From: Candidatus Aldehydirespiratoraceae bacterium
Lineage (GTDB): Bacteria > Actinomycetota > Acidimicrobiia > Acidimicrobiales > Aldehydirespiratoraceae
Reading direction: 5' to 3'
Assembly: GCA_965249055.1 (NCBI GenBank)
Contig: CBDFKX010000002.1
Span: 1,936,830 to 2,000,829, forward strand
Length of the DNA stretch: 64,000 bases
Numbering within the stretch: the stretch's first letter is position 1; every line of letters begins with the position of its first letter. Positions 55,761-64,000 of this stretch are shown in pieces. Both the position numbers and the translations under genes were made by a program. Below the pieces are notes generated by a model. The model made no database searches. It saw only the letters and a list, made by a program, of their open reading frames with translations, and was not told where the DNA came from.

Positions 55761-56675
55761 ATGACTTCTGAGGTGGCCGATCTTGATGGGCGGGTGGTGA
55801 TCGTCACCGGGGCCGCCAGAGGTTTGGGGCGTGCTCATGTGATGGCTTTCGCGGCGCACGGCGCTCGGGTTGTGGTCAACGATCTTGGCGTTGAGCGCGA
55901 TGGCACACCGTCAACCAGCGACGCTGCGAACGAGGTTGTGGCCGAGATAGTCGCCACTGGAGGCGTTGCGGTCGCGAACGCGGCTGATGTGGCCGATTGG
56001 GACCAAGCCGCGGCGCTGGTTCGTCAAGCGATTGATACCTACGGAGGGCTCGACACGCTGGTCTGCAACGCCGGGTTTCTCCGTGACCGCATGCTCGCGG
56101 GAACGTCGGAGGATGAATGGGACAGCGTCACGCGCGTGCATCTGAAGGGCCATTTCGCTCCCGCACGCCACGCCATTGAGTACTGGCGCGACCGGGCCAA
56201 AGCAGGGGAGCCGGTTACGGCCCGAGTGGTCAACACATCTTCGGGGGCTGGTCTGGCCGGATCAATCGGCCAAGGCAACTATGCGGTAGCCAAGGCCGGG
56301 ATCGCGCTTCTCACCATCCAGCAGGCTGCGGAGTGGGGGCGTTATGGCGTACTTGCCAATGCCATTGCCCCCGATGCTCGCACCCGCATGACCGAGGGCA
56401 TCTTCTACAGCTCTGAGATCCCCGAAGGCTTCGACGAAAAGGCTCCCGAGAACGTATCTCCTTTGGTTGTGTGGTTGGGCAGCGCCTCCTGCGACGTGAC
56501 GGGTCGAACCTTTGAGAACACTGGAGATCAGCTCAACGTTTGCGACGGGTGGCAGAAGGGCCCGGTTGTCTCGGTTGGCGGCCGGCGTATGACGGTCACC
56601 GAAGCGGGTGAGCTGGCCAACCGCTCGATTGCGGGCGAGCGTGCTCCGCAACCGGTGCATGGAGCGCGGAGCTAG
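55761..56675 (+). CDS. SDR-family oxidoreductase
   Basis: Contains VTGAARGLGRA, NAG and YAVAKAG. Confidence 0.85.
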   Translation: MTSEVADLDGRVVIVTGAARGLGRAHVMAFAAHGARVVVNDLGVERDGTPSTSDAANEVVAEIVATGGVAVANAADVADWDQAAALVRQAIDTYGGLDTLVCNAGFLRDRMLAGTSEDEWDSVTRVHLKGHFAPARHAIEYWRDRAKAGEPVTARVVNTSSGAGLAGSIGQGNYAVAKAGIALLTIQQAAEWGRYGVLANAIAPDARTRMTEGIFYSSEIPEGFDEKAPENVSPLVVWLGSASCDVTGRTFENTGDQLNVCDGWQKGPVVSVGGRRMTVTEAGELANRSIAGERAPQPVHGARS

Positions 56676-56686
56676 CGGAGCAGTCG

Positions 56687-57913
56687 ATGGACTTTGATGA
56701 CACCGCTGAGGAAGCCGCGTGGCGTGAGCAATGCCGTGACTTCTTGAGTCGGCACGCTGAGTTGTTGCCCAAAGAAGTTGATCTCAGCCAGAGCTACTGG
56801 GCAAAGCCTCCCAGTGCTGCCGAGAGCGCTGCCTACACGGCACGTTGCCGCAAGTGGCAGCGCACCAAATACGACGCAGGTTGGGCGGGTTTGGCGTGGT
56901 CTACTGAGTACGGGGGGCGCGGGCTAACGGGTCATCTGGCTGGTATTTTCGCTGAGGAGGAAGCCCGTTACGACCTGCCGATGGGCCAGTTTGCACAGTC
57001 GATCGGCATGGCTGGCCCGACGATTATTGCCCATGGCACAGACGCCCAAAAGAGCCGCTATTTGGAACCCATGCTGACGGGAGAGGAAACCTGGTGTCAG
57101 CTATTCTCCGAGCCCGGGGCAGGCTCGGATCTGGCTGGTCTGCGAACGTCTGGCGTGCTTGACGGCGACGAGATCATCGTCAACGGACAGAAGGTTTGGA
57201 CTTCGAGCGCTCGTGAAGCCGCGCATGGCATGTTGTTGGTGCGCACCGATGTTGATCAGCCGAAGCATCGGGGAATCACGTATTTGTTGCTCGATATGAC
57301 TACTCCGGGGATTGATATCCGTCCCCTGAAGCAACCCACGGGGCGTTCGGAGTTCAACGAGGTTTTTCTTGAAAATGTTCGGGTGCCTCTTGACTGTGTT
57401 GTCGGTGGGATCAATCGGGGCTGGGGTCCGATTCTGACCACCCTGAGCAACGAACGAGCTGGGATCGGCGGTCAGGTTTCTTATATTGGCGATGTGATCG
57501 AGTTGGCTCGGCGTTTTGGAGCAGCCGGTGATCCGGTCATTCGCCAGCAGCTCGCGCGCTTGTACACGATTGTTGAGACGATGCGGTTTCTCGGCTATCG
57601 GGTTCGCACGGCAACCTCGCGTGGTGAGCAGCCTGGTCCTGAGAGTTCGGTGCTGAAGCTGGCGGCGTCTCGTCGGTTGGAGATGATGGGTGATTTGTCG
57701 ATGGCGATCATGGGTCCAAGCGCCACGCTTTACGGCAGCGATGCCGTGTTCAATGGGTTTTGGCAGAACTACGCCTTCTTGGGGCAGTGGATGTCTCGCA
57801 TCGGTGGAGGCACCGATCAAGTGCAGCGCAACATCATCGGCGAGAACGTGCTGGGTCTTCCCCAAGAACCCAGGCCCGACAAGGGAATCCCCTTCCGAGA
57901 AATTCCCCATTAA
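56687..57913 (+). CDS. Acyl-CoA dehydrogenase
   Basis: Contains CQLFSEPGAGSDLAGL and VNGQKVWTSSA. It is a paralogue of 29756-30991. Confidence 0.85.
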   Translation: MDFDDTAEEAAWREQCRDFLSRHAELLPKEVDLSQSYWAKPPSAAESAAYTARCRKWQRTKYDAGWAGLAWSTEYGGRGLTGHLAGIFAEEEARYDLPMGQFAQSIGMAGPTIIAHGTDAQKSRYLEPMLTGEETWCQLFSEPGAGSDLAGLRTSGVLDGDEIIVNGQKVWTSSAREAAHGMLLVRTDVDQPKHRGITYLLLDMTTPGIDIRPLKQPTGRSEFNEVFLENVRVPLDCVVGGINRGWGPILTTLSNERAGIGGQVSYIGDVIELARRFGAAGDPVIRQQLARLYTIVETMRFLGYRVRTATSRGEQPGPESSVLKLAASRRLEMMGDLSMAIMGPSATLYGSDAVFNGFWQNYAFLGQWMSRIGGGTDQVQRNIIGENVLGLPQEPRPDKGIPFREIPH

Positions 57914-57982
57914 CTGTTGAGAAAAGAGTCAAGGACTTGCGAGCGGATTCTTTTGCTTGCACTCTTGGTTGGGTGAAGTCTG

Positions 57983-58210
57983 GTGCTTGTCGTAGCAAAC
58001 GTGAAAAGTGGGCATATTTTTTTTGTGACACTTCTCGTCGTATTGATTCCGCCGAGTTTCAACTGGGTCTTTGGTGTTCCCGGCAACTTGCAGTTCCTCG
58101 CTTACGCCATTGCTTGTGCGGTAGCGCTAGGCGGCATACGCGTGTGGGAACGTTGGGGGCGTCATCGGTTTCCCTTGCCGTCTGGGATAGAGACCGAGGT
58201 GAGTGCATGA
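57983..58210 (+). CDS. Possible small two-TM membrane protein
   Basis: 75-aa ORF with two hydrophobic helices, followed by a strong terminator. No homology was recognised. Confidence 0.3.
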   Translation: MLVVANVKSGHIFFVTLLVVLIPPSFNWVFGVPGNLQFLAYAIACAVALGGIRVWERWGRHRFPLPSGIETEVSA

Positions 58211-58299
58211 GCGTCCGTTTTGTCGGCATCGTCGTGTAACCCCCGTGGCGACCAGATGGTCAAACAAACAAGAAGTGTCGCCTCCCTCCAGGGGTGTAC

Positions 58300-58339
58300 G
58301 CGGCGCCCGCCTCTACGGAGCGGGCGCCGCTTCTGTTTT
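58300..58339 (+). terminator. Intrinsic terminator
   Basis: GCGGCGCCCGC-CTCTACGGA-GCGGGCGCCGC (11-bp stem) followed by TTCTGTTTT. It overlaps the 3' end of the convergent gntR ORF. Confidence 0.6.
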
Positions 58340-58783
58340 GGTGTTGTGTCGCGCGGTTGCGGCTCTGACTGCTTCGAGCGCGTCATCGAGCCCGATTCCC
58401 AGCATGGCGAGTTCAAAGACGTATCGATCAGCCGCGGTGGCCACCCTTTTGCGGCGTTCCTGGAGCGGTTCGCTGTGGGGGGGTTCGTCCACCACGAAAG
58501 TCCCGCGGCGGCCACGGCCTTCGACGATGCCGTCGTTTTCAAGTTCTCTATAGGCGCGTGCCACGGTTCCGGGAGCCAGATCAAGTGCAGCGGCGAACTC
58601 TCGAACCGTGGGGAGTTTGCTTTGGGGCTCGAGTCTCCCAACAGCGGCCATTACCGATAGTTGGGCGCGGAGCTGTTCGAATACCGGGATGTTGGTGCCT
58701 GTTTCGAGCCGGACTACGAGCCGTTTCTCGAACCCTCGCTGGTCGCGATAGGAGACGATCGGAGCGCGTTCAGTGTCTTCCAT
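58313..58783 (-). CDS. GntR-family transcriptional regulator (short, YtrA-like size)
   Basis: The wHTH reads KLPTVREFAAALDLAPGTVARAYRELENDGIVEGRGRRGTFV. Confidence 0.8.
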   Translation of the reverse strand: MEDTERAPIVSYRDQRGFEKRLVVRLETGTNIPVFEQLRAQLSVMAAVGRLEPQSKLPTVREFAAALDLAPGTVARAYRELENDGIVEGRGRRGTFVVDEPPHSEPLQERRKRVATAADRYVFELAMLGIGLDDALEAVRAATARHNTKTEAAPAP

Positions 58784-58791
58784 ATTGACTA

Positions 58792-59261
<470 letters not shown>

Positions 59262-59381
59262 AGTCTACCGAATTCATTCGACTGGGCCGAGTTCGCCGAA
59301 ACCGCCGAATTCGCCTCTCTGGTTGGCGCGAGTAATATCTGATCGCGGCGCATCAATGGGAGAGGCAACGGGAGAGGCGAA

Positions 59382-60968
59382 GTGAGCGAACAGATTCTCA
59401 ATGCTACGACGTTCTGGGAACTGCTCGAGCGTCGTACTGCGCTTTCAGGCGACCGGCTGTTCCTAGTCGACGATGCCGGTCGGCAACTCACCTATACAGA
59501 GTTCCGCGACAAAGCCGAAAGAGTTGCGGCAGGTCTGCACGGCTTGGGAATAGCTGAGGGCACTCCGGTCACCTGGGAGTTACCCACTCGGATCGAAACA
59601 ATCGTCTTGAGCTTTGCGCTGTCGCGCCTCGGCGCAGTCCAGAACCCGATTATCCACATCTACCGACATCGAGAGGTCGGATTCTGCATCGCCCAAACGG
59701 GAGCGCGCTTCGTCTTGACACCTGGAGTCTGGGGTGATTTTGACTACCACGCCATGGCAACCGAAGTCAGCCAAGATCTTGATCCCCGACCCCAAATCCT
59801 CGACGGCTATTCGAATCTTCCCGAAGGCGACCCACAGACGCTGCCGGCCGCCCCGACTGATGGCGACGCAGTGCGCTGGATCTACTACACCTCAGGCACC
59901 ACATCAGATCCCAAAGGAGTCAAGCACTCCGACAAGACCCTGATGGCAGCAGGAACTGGGCTGGCTCTGGCACTGGAAACCAACGCCGAAGATATGGGCA
60001 CCATCGCCTTCCCGTACGCCCATATCGGCGGTCCTGACTTCATCGTGATGCTGCTAGCCGACGGCTTCGGGGCGATCCTGATCGAAAAGTTCACTCCCGC
60101 TACGGCGGTGGCTGCCTACGCCGAGCACGGAGCGACGATCGTCGGTGGGTCAACCGCTTTCTACCAGATGTTCTTGGCCCAAGATCAACAACTCGGCGGT
60201 GGATCTATGCCCCGGTTACGAGCCATGGCCGGTGGTGGCGCCCCCAAGCCCCCAGAGATCTTCTTTGAAGTCAAAGAGAAGATGGGCATACCGATCGCGC
60301 ATGGCTATGGCATGACCGAATGCCCGATGATCAGCCAGGGTTCGCCGTCTGACACCGACGAACAACTCGCCCACACCGAGGGTGCGCCGATCAGAGGTTG
60401 CGAGGTGACCATTGTGACAGCCGTTGGCTCCGTCGCGCCGCCGGGTACCGAAGGCGAGGTTCGTGTCACGGGTCCGATGCTGTTCTCGGGTTACACAGAC
60501 ACAAGCCTCAATGAGGAGGCGTTCGATGCACAAGGCCGGTTTTGCACCGGTGACCTCGGAGTCAAACATGCCGATGGTCATGTGACGCTCACCGGGCGTG
60601 TCAAGGACATCATCATCCGCAAAGGCGAGAACATCTCGGCCAAAGAGGTCGAAGATGTCCTCTACTCGCTGCCGTCGGTAGAGAATGCGGCCGTGATCGG
60701 ACTGCCCGACTCCGAACGGGGCGAACGTGTTTGCGCGGTGATCGAGACCGCCGCGGGACATTCCGACTTGACTTTCGAGGAGATGACAGCGGCTTGCCGA
60801 GAGTCTGGACTGATGCTGCAGAAGACCCCCGAGCAACTTGAAATCTATCACGGACCGCTGCCTCGCAATGCCACCATGAAGATCCTCAAATACGAGCTTC
60901 GCGATCAATACAAAGACAAACAATGGCAATACAAAGACAAACAATGGCAATACAAGGACAAACAATGA
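59382..60968 (+). CDS. AMP-dependent acyl-CoA synthetase/ligase with a repeat-encoded C-terminal tail
   Basis: Contains YYTSGTTSDPKGV (AMP-binding motif), GYGMTE and TGDLG. The tail reads QYKDKQW QYKDKQW QYKDKQ. Confidence 0.85.
   Translation: MSEQILNATTFWELLERRTALSGDRLFLVDDAGRQLTYTEFRDKAERVAAGLHGLGIAEGTPVTWELPTRIETIVLSFALSRLGAVQNPIIHIYRHREVGFCIAQTGARFVLTPGVWGDFDYHAMATEVSQDLDPRPQILDGYSNLPEGDPQTLPAAPTDGDAVRWIYYTSGTTSDPKGVKHSDKTLMAAGTGLALALETNAEDMGTIAFPYAHIGGPDFIVMLLADGFGAILIEKFTPATAVAAYAEHGATIVGGSTAFYQMFLAQDQQLGGGSMPRLRAMAGGGAPKPPEIFFEVKEKMGIPIAHGYGMTECPMISQGSPSDTDEQLAHTEGAPIRGCEVTIVTAVGSVAPPGTEGEVRVTGPMLFSGYTDTSLNEEAFDAQGRFCTGDLGVKHADGHVTLTGRVKDIIIRKGENISAKEVEDVLYSLPSVENAAVIGLPDSERGERVCAVIETAAGHSDLTFEEMTAACRESGLMLQKTPEQLEIYHGPLPRNATMKILKYELRDQYKDKQWQYKDKQWQYKDKQ
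60906..60968 (+). repeat. 21-bp tandem repeat x3 at the synthetase 3' end, overlapping the next gene's RBS and start
   Basis: CAATACAAAGACAAACAATGG occurs twice, followed by CAATACAAGGACAAACAATGA. Confidence 0.85.
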
Positions 60969-61348
60969 CCCTGACCATCTATCACAACCAACATTGAAAC
61001 TCGTCAAGCAATGCCGTGGCGGTCGCCACGGAGATGAGCGTCGACTTCACAGAAGTTCGCTACATGAAGGACTTCCCCGACGAAGAAACGCTGCGAGAGT
61101 TGATAGCCAAGCTTGAAGAACCGGTCGAGAACCTGGTGCGCAAGGACGCTCAGTTCGCCAAACTCGGCCTCAACGAAGACGACTACGTCGGCGATGTCGA
61201 TGCCGTCGTTGAGGTGCTCGAGAAGTACCACCGGCTGCTTCAGCGTCCGATTCTCGTCGGGCCTGACAAAGCCATAATCGGACGCCCTTTTGAAGGCGTG
61301 ATGGCTAAGACTCGAGTGGCCGAGATGCTCAGCTCAAAAACGGATTGA
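60965..61348 (+). CDS. ArsC/Spx/YffB-family protein with an in-frame TGA (60995-60997) at the catalytic Cys position. It is either a candidate selenoprotein or a pseudogene.
   Basis: AAGGA-N6-ATG at 60965 gives MTLTIYHNQH-TGA-NSSSNAVAVATEMSVDFTEVRYMKDFP...LLQRPILVGPDKAIIGRP. This aligns with ArsC IYHNPACGTSRN..., with the TGA opposite Cys12. Confidence 0.6.
61014..61031 (+). other. SECIS-like hairpin 16 nt downstream of the in-frame TGA
   Basis: CCGTGGC-GGTC-GCCACGG, a 7-bp GC-rich stem with a GGUC loop. Confidence 0.45.
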
Positions 61349-61355
61349 GCCGGCA

Positions 61356-62702
61356 ATGACCATCGCCGCTCCCGACGTTCATACCAACAATGCGCCTGTG
61401 GGGGAGACCATTGTTTCGGTTGGTCGGGTGAGCAAACCTAGCCAGGTTGACGCCAGCCGATACACAGACCCGGCTTGGGCCCGAATCGAAGAAGAAAAAC
61501 TGTGGCCCACTACTTGGCAGTTGGTATGCACGCTCGACCATGTGTCTGGGTCGGGTGATGCCTTTGTCTACGATGTTGGCCGCCTCTCGATTCTGATAGT
61601 GCGCGGTGACGATGGCGAACTTCGCGCCTTCCAAAACGTGTGTCGACATCGCGGCATGCAGCTTTGCAACGAACATCAACGGGGCCTCACCGAACTGCGC
61701 TGTGTGTTTCACCGCTGGTCATGGAACCTGGCCGGGGAACTGAGGGAGGTGCCGTCACGCAAGGGCTTTGGCGCCTTGCTCAACGATGATTTTCCCCTTT
61801 TCGGCGCCAAGGTCGACACTTGGGGTCCGCTGGTGTTCGTCAATCCTGCTCCTGATGCCGAACCGCTAGCCGACTTCTTGGCGCCTGTTCCTGATGACAT
61901 TGCTTGGGCCGACCTGGACGACTTCCGCTGCAAGGCGCTGATGTCGATCCCGGTCCCGTCCAACTGGAAGACGATCATCGACGGTTTCAGCGAAACCTAC
62001 CATGTGCAGGGAATACACCCCGAGATGTTGCGCATGGTCGACGACGTGAACAGTCCTCAGACAATCTGGGAACGTCACGGCAAGCTCGTGCAACCCTACG
62101 GCTTGGCCAGTCCCCGTCTTCGCGGCGGTGCCACAAATCAGGAGATCTGGGAGGGGTTTGTGGAGGTGATGGGAGGACGCATTGGTCTGAGTGAGCCGGC
62201 CGATGCGGGCGTTTGCCCAGAAGTACCGCCCGGCTCAACTCTGCGCGAGGTGCTGTCCGACATGGTTGTGGATCACTTCGGTGCCACTGAGGGAGTGGAT
62301 CTCAGCCGGTTCGGGCCCGACGAGCTGATGACCATGCAGCAGTACAACCTGTTCCCGAACATCACCGTGCTGGTGTTCGGTGATCTGCTCCAAGTGGTGC
62401 GAGCACGCCCAGGAGCGACTCCTGATGACGGTTACATGGACATCATCGCCTTTGACCGAGTCAACCCTGATGCTGGACGGAAAGAACCGCTGACCGCTGA
62501 AATGGATCCCGGTTCCCACAGTCTGGGACTGGTGCTCGATCAGGACGTCAAAAACCTCAAGCGTGCCCAGCGGGGGCTTCACGCACCGGATTTGACGCAC
62601 CTCACACTGTCGGGCGAGGAATGCCGGATCGTCAACTTGCACCGCAATCTTGACCGTGTGACCGGATGCGACTCCGGTGTCGAACTCGCTTATCTGGACT
62701 GA
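61356..62702 (+). CDS. Rieske-type aromatic ring-hydroxylating oxygenase, alpha subunit
   Basis: Contains CRHRGMQLC...CVFHRWSW, with a catalytic domain containing ETYHVQGIHP. Confidence 0.85.
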   Translation: MTIAAPDVHTNNAPVGETIVSVGRVSKPSQVDASRYTDPAWARIEEEKLWPTTWQLVCTLDHVSGSGDAFVYDVGRLSILIVRGDDGELRAFQNVCRHRGMQLCNEHQRGLTELRCVFHRWSWNLAGELREVPSRKGFGALLNDDFPLFGAKVDTWGPLVFVNPAPDAEPLADFLAPVPDDIAWADLDDFRCKALMSIPVPSNWKTIIDGFSETYHVQGIHPEMLRMVDDVNSPQTIWERHGKLVQPYGLASPRLRGGATNQEIWEGFVEVMGGRIGLSEPADAGVCPEVPPGSTLREVLSDMVVDHFGATEGVDLSRFGPDELMTMQQYNLFPNITVLVFGDLLQVVRARPGATPDDGYMDIIAFDRVNPDAGRKEPLTAEMDPGSHSLGLVLDQDVKNLKRAQRGLHAPDLTHLTLSGEECRIVNLHRNLDRVTGCDSGVELAYLD

Positions 62703-63700
62703 AGGGCTTGTAGCGCCTGAATCATCTCGGCGAGGGCCTCGTTTGTTGATGTGGAGACAGTCAGAGACAGACGGTCTGCGTGGTCGCCGTATTCTTCGCT
62801 CAGCCGCTTGGCGCAATCGGCAGGCGTACCCCGCACCGCCAATAGCTCGACGACATCATCGTCGACGAGTTCGCCCAGCGTTGCCCAGTTCCCGGACTTG
62901 GTTATCTCACGAAGCCGGGGTTGCAAATCGCCGAGTCCGTGGTGGTCGAGCACGACTCGGTAAGCGGGCGTAGAACCATAGAAGGCCAGGTTGAAGCGGA
63001 TTGCTGTGGTTGCCCGCTCGTACTGTTCGTCGGTCAGGCAGGGAGCCGCGATACAGCCAACGTTGAGCGTCAGCGATGAGCGTTCCCTGTCATTACCGGC
63101 GAGACCGGCCTCGATCATCGGTAGTGTCTGTTTCGCCAAGAACGCACCAGTGTTGAACGGATGGATGACGATGCCATCCGCGTGGGCTGCCATCGCCCGG
63201 GTCATGCGGGGGCCGAGCGCTCCCACCCAGATTTCCGGAACGGGATTCTTTAGTGGTGGCGGCACGAAGATTGGGGTCATCAGGTCGACTCGGTAGAACT
63301 CGCTACGGTGCGCAAGTGGTGTGTTGTCACTCCAGTTGGCCCAAATGGCGCGCAGTACCGTGATCAACTCGACCATGCGCTCAACGGGACGGCCCCAGCG
63401 CGATGAGAAGCGCCGTTCGACGTGAGGTTTGATCTGGGTTCCGAGTCCGAGAGCGAAGCGACCTCCGCTGGCCCGCTGGAGATCCCATGCTGAATAGGCG
63501 AGGTGCATCGGCGAACGAGGGAAGGCGATTGCAACGTTGGTGTAGAGGTCGACGTCGAGTTCGGTTGCATGTATCAGCGGAAAGAAGACATCGCTGTTTC
63601 CTTCGAAGGTGAACAGTCCGTCGATCCCGGTGGCGGCCAGGTCGGCGGCGCGTGCAGCGGCGGTGGACAGATCACCGGTGAACGAAACGTCGATCAGCAT
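62690..63700 (-). CDS. LLM-class (probably F420-dependent) oxidoreductase
   Basis: Luciferase-like fold reading GIDGLFTFEGNSDVFFPL...GGRFALGLGTQIKPHVERRF. Confidence 0.8.
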   Translation of the reverse strand: MLIDVSFTGDLSTAAARAADLAATGIDGLFTFEGNSDVFFPLIHATELDVDLYTNVAIAFPRSPMHLAYSAWDLQRASGGRFALGLGTQIKPHVERRFSSRWGRPVERMVELITVLRAIWANWSDNTPLAHRSEFYRVDLMTPIFVPPPLKNPVPEIWVGALGPRMTRAMAAHADGIVIHPFNTGAFLAKQTLPMIEAGLAGNDRERSSLTLNVGCIAAPCLTDEQYERATTAIRFNLAFYGSTPAYRVVLDHHGLGDLQPRLREITKSGNWATLGELVDDDVVELLAVRGTPADCAKRLSEEYGDHADRLSLTVSTSTNEALAEMIQALQALQSR

Positions 63701-63714
63701 TCCCCGAAGCTATT

Positions 63715-63775
63715 CCAGAAGTTGCGCTCTCCAGAAGTTGCGCTCTCCAGAAGTTGCGCTCTCCAGAAGTTGGCT
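63715..63775. repeat. 16-bp tandem repeat (3.8 units) in the divergent LLM/TetR intergenic region
   Basis: CCAGAAGTTGCGCTCT occurs three times, followed by CCAGAAGTTGGCT. Confidence 0.85.
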
Positions 63776-63826
63776 GGGTGTGGCGGCGAATTCTGTTGAC
63801 TGAGGTCGCACAGCTAACATCTCGGC

Positions 63827-64000
63827 GTGCGTTCGGAAAGAACTCTCACCGACAATCAGGCTCAGCGCCGGCAACGAGTCCTGCGGGCGGCGATAGAACT
63901 CGCCGGCGAGGGCGGCTATGAGGGAGTGCAGATGCGTGAAGTAGCCGAGAGGGCCGATGTCGCTCTGGGTACCGTCTACCACTACTTCACCTCGAAAGAC
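63827..64000 (+). CDS. TetR/AcrR-family regulator, N-terminal part (runs off the right edge)
   Basis: My own translation from the GTG at 63827 gives ...RRQRVLRAAIELAGEGGYEGVQMREVAERADVALGTVYHYFTSKD, a typical TetR HTH. Confidence 0.8.
   Translation, partial: MRSERTLTDNQAQRRQRVLRAAIELAGEGGYEGVQMREVAERADVALGTVYHYFTSKD

Overview
High-GC, gene-dense chromosomal segment. Gene content and synteny look actinobacterial (rpsO-pnp, dapB, dapA-rnj-ftsK, rimO-pgsA-cinA, carD, F420/LLM oxidoreductases); a more specific lineage would be inference only. Most of the window is conserved housekeeping plus a lipid/steroid-type catabolic block with acyl-CoA dehydrogenases, thiolases, DUF35, Rieske oxygenases and amidohydrolases. 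Three accessory patches stand out. (1) At 1-7.9 kb there is an IS-riddled remnant of a type II CRISPR-Cas locus. A cas9 gene is split by a complete IS1380-family element with a TTAG target duplication, and its 3' end is cut off by an IS5-like element at the window edge. A structured, terminator-ended candidate small RNA lies just upstream. No cas1, cas2 or CRISPR array is visible. (2) At 35.7-46.7 kb, a 6.86-kb insertion (37787-44646) is bounded by 22/23-bp terminal inverted repeats and a perfect 7-bp direct repeat (AACTGAT). It carries a nested ISL3 element, a TnpB-like RuvC nuclease gene, a second tnpB-like 5' fragment, a resolvase-type serine recombinase and a 16-blade SLH/RCC1-repeat secreted protein. 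It has no recognisable cognate transposase. (3) At 60965-61348, an ArsC/Spx-family gene has an in-frame TGA exactly at the catalytic Cys position, followed by a SECIS-like hairpin, so it is either a selenoprotein or a pseudogene. I found no rRNA genes, tRNA genes or CRISPR array.
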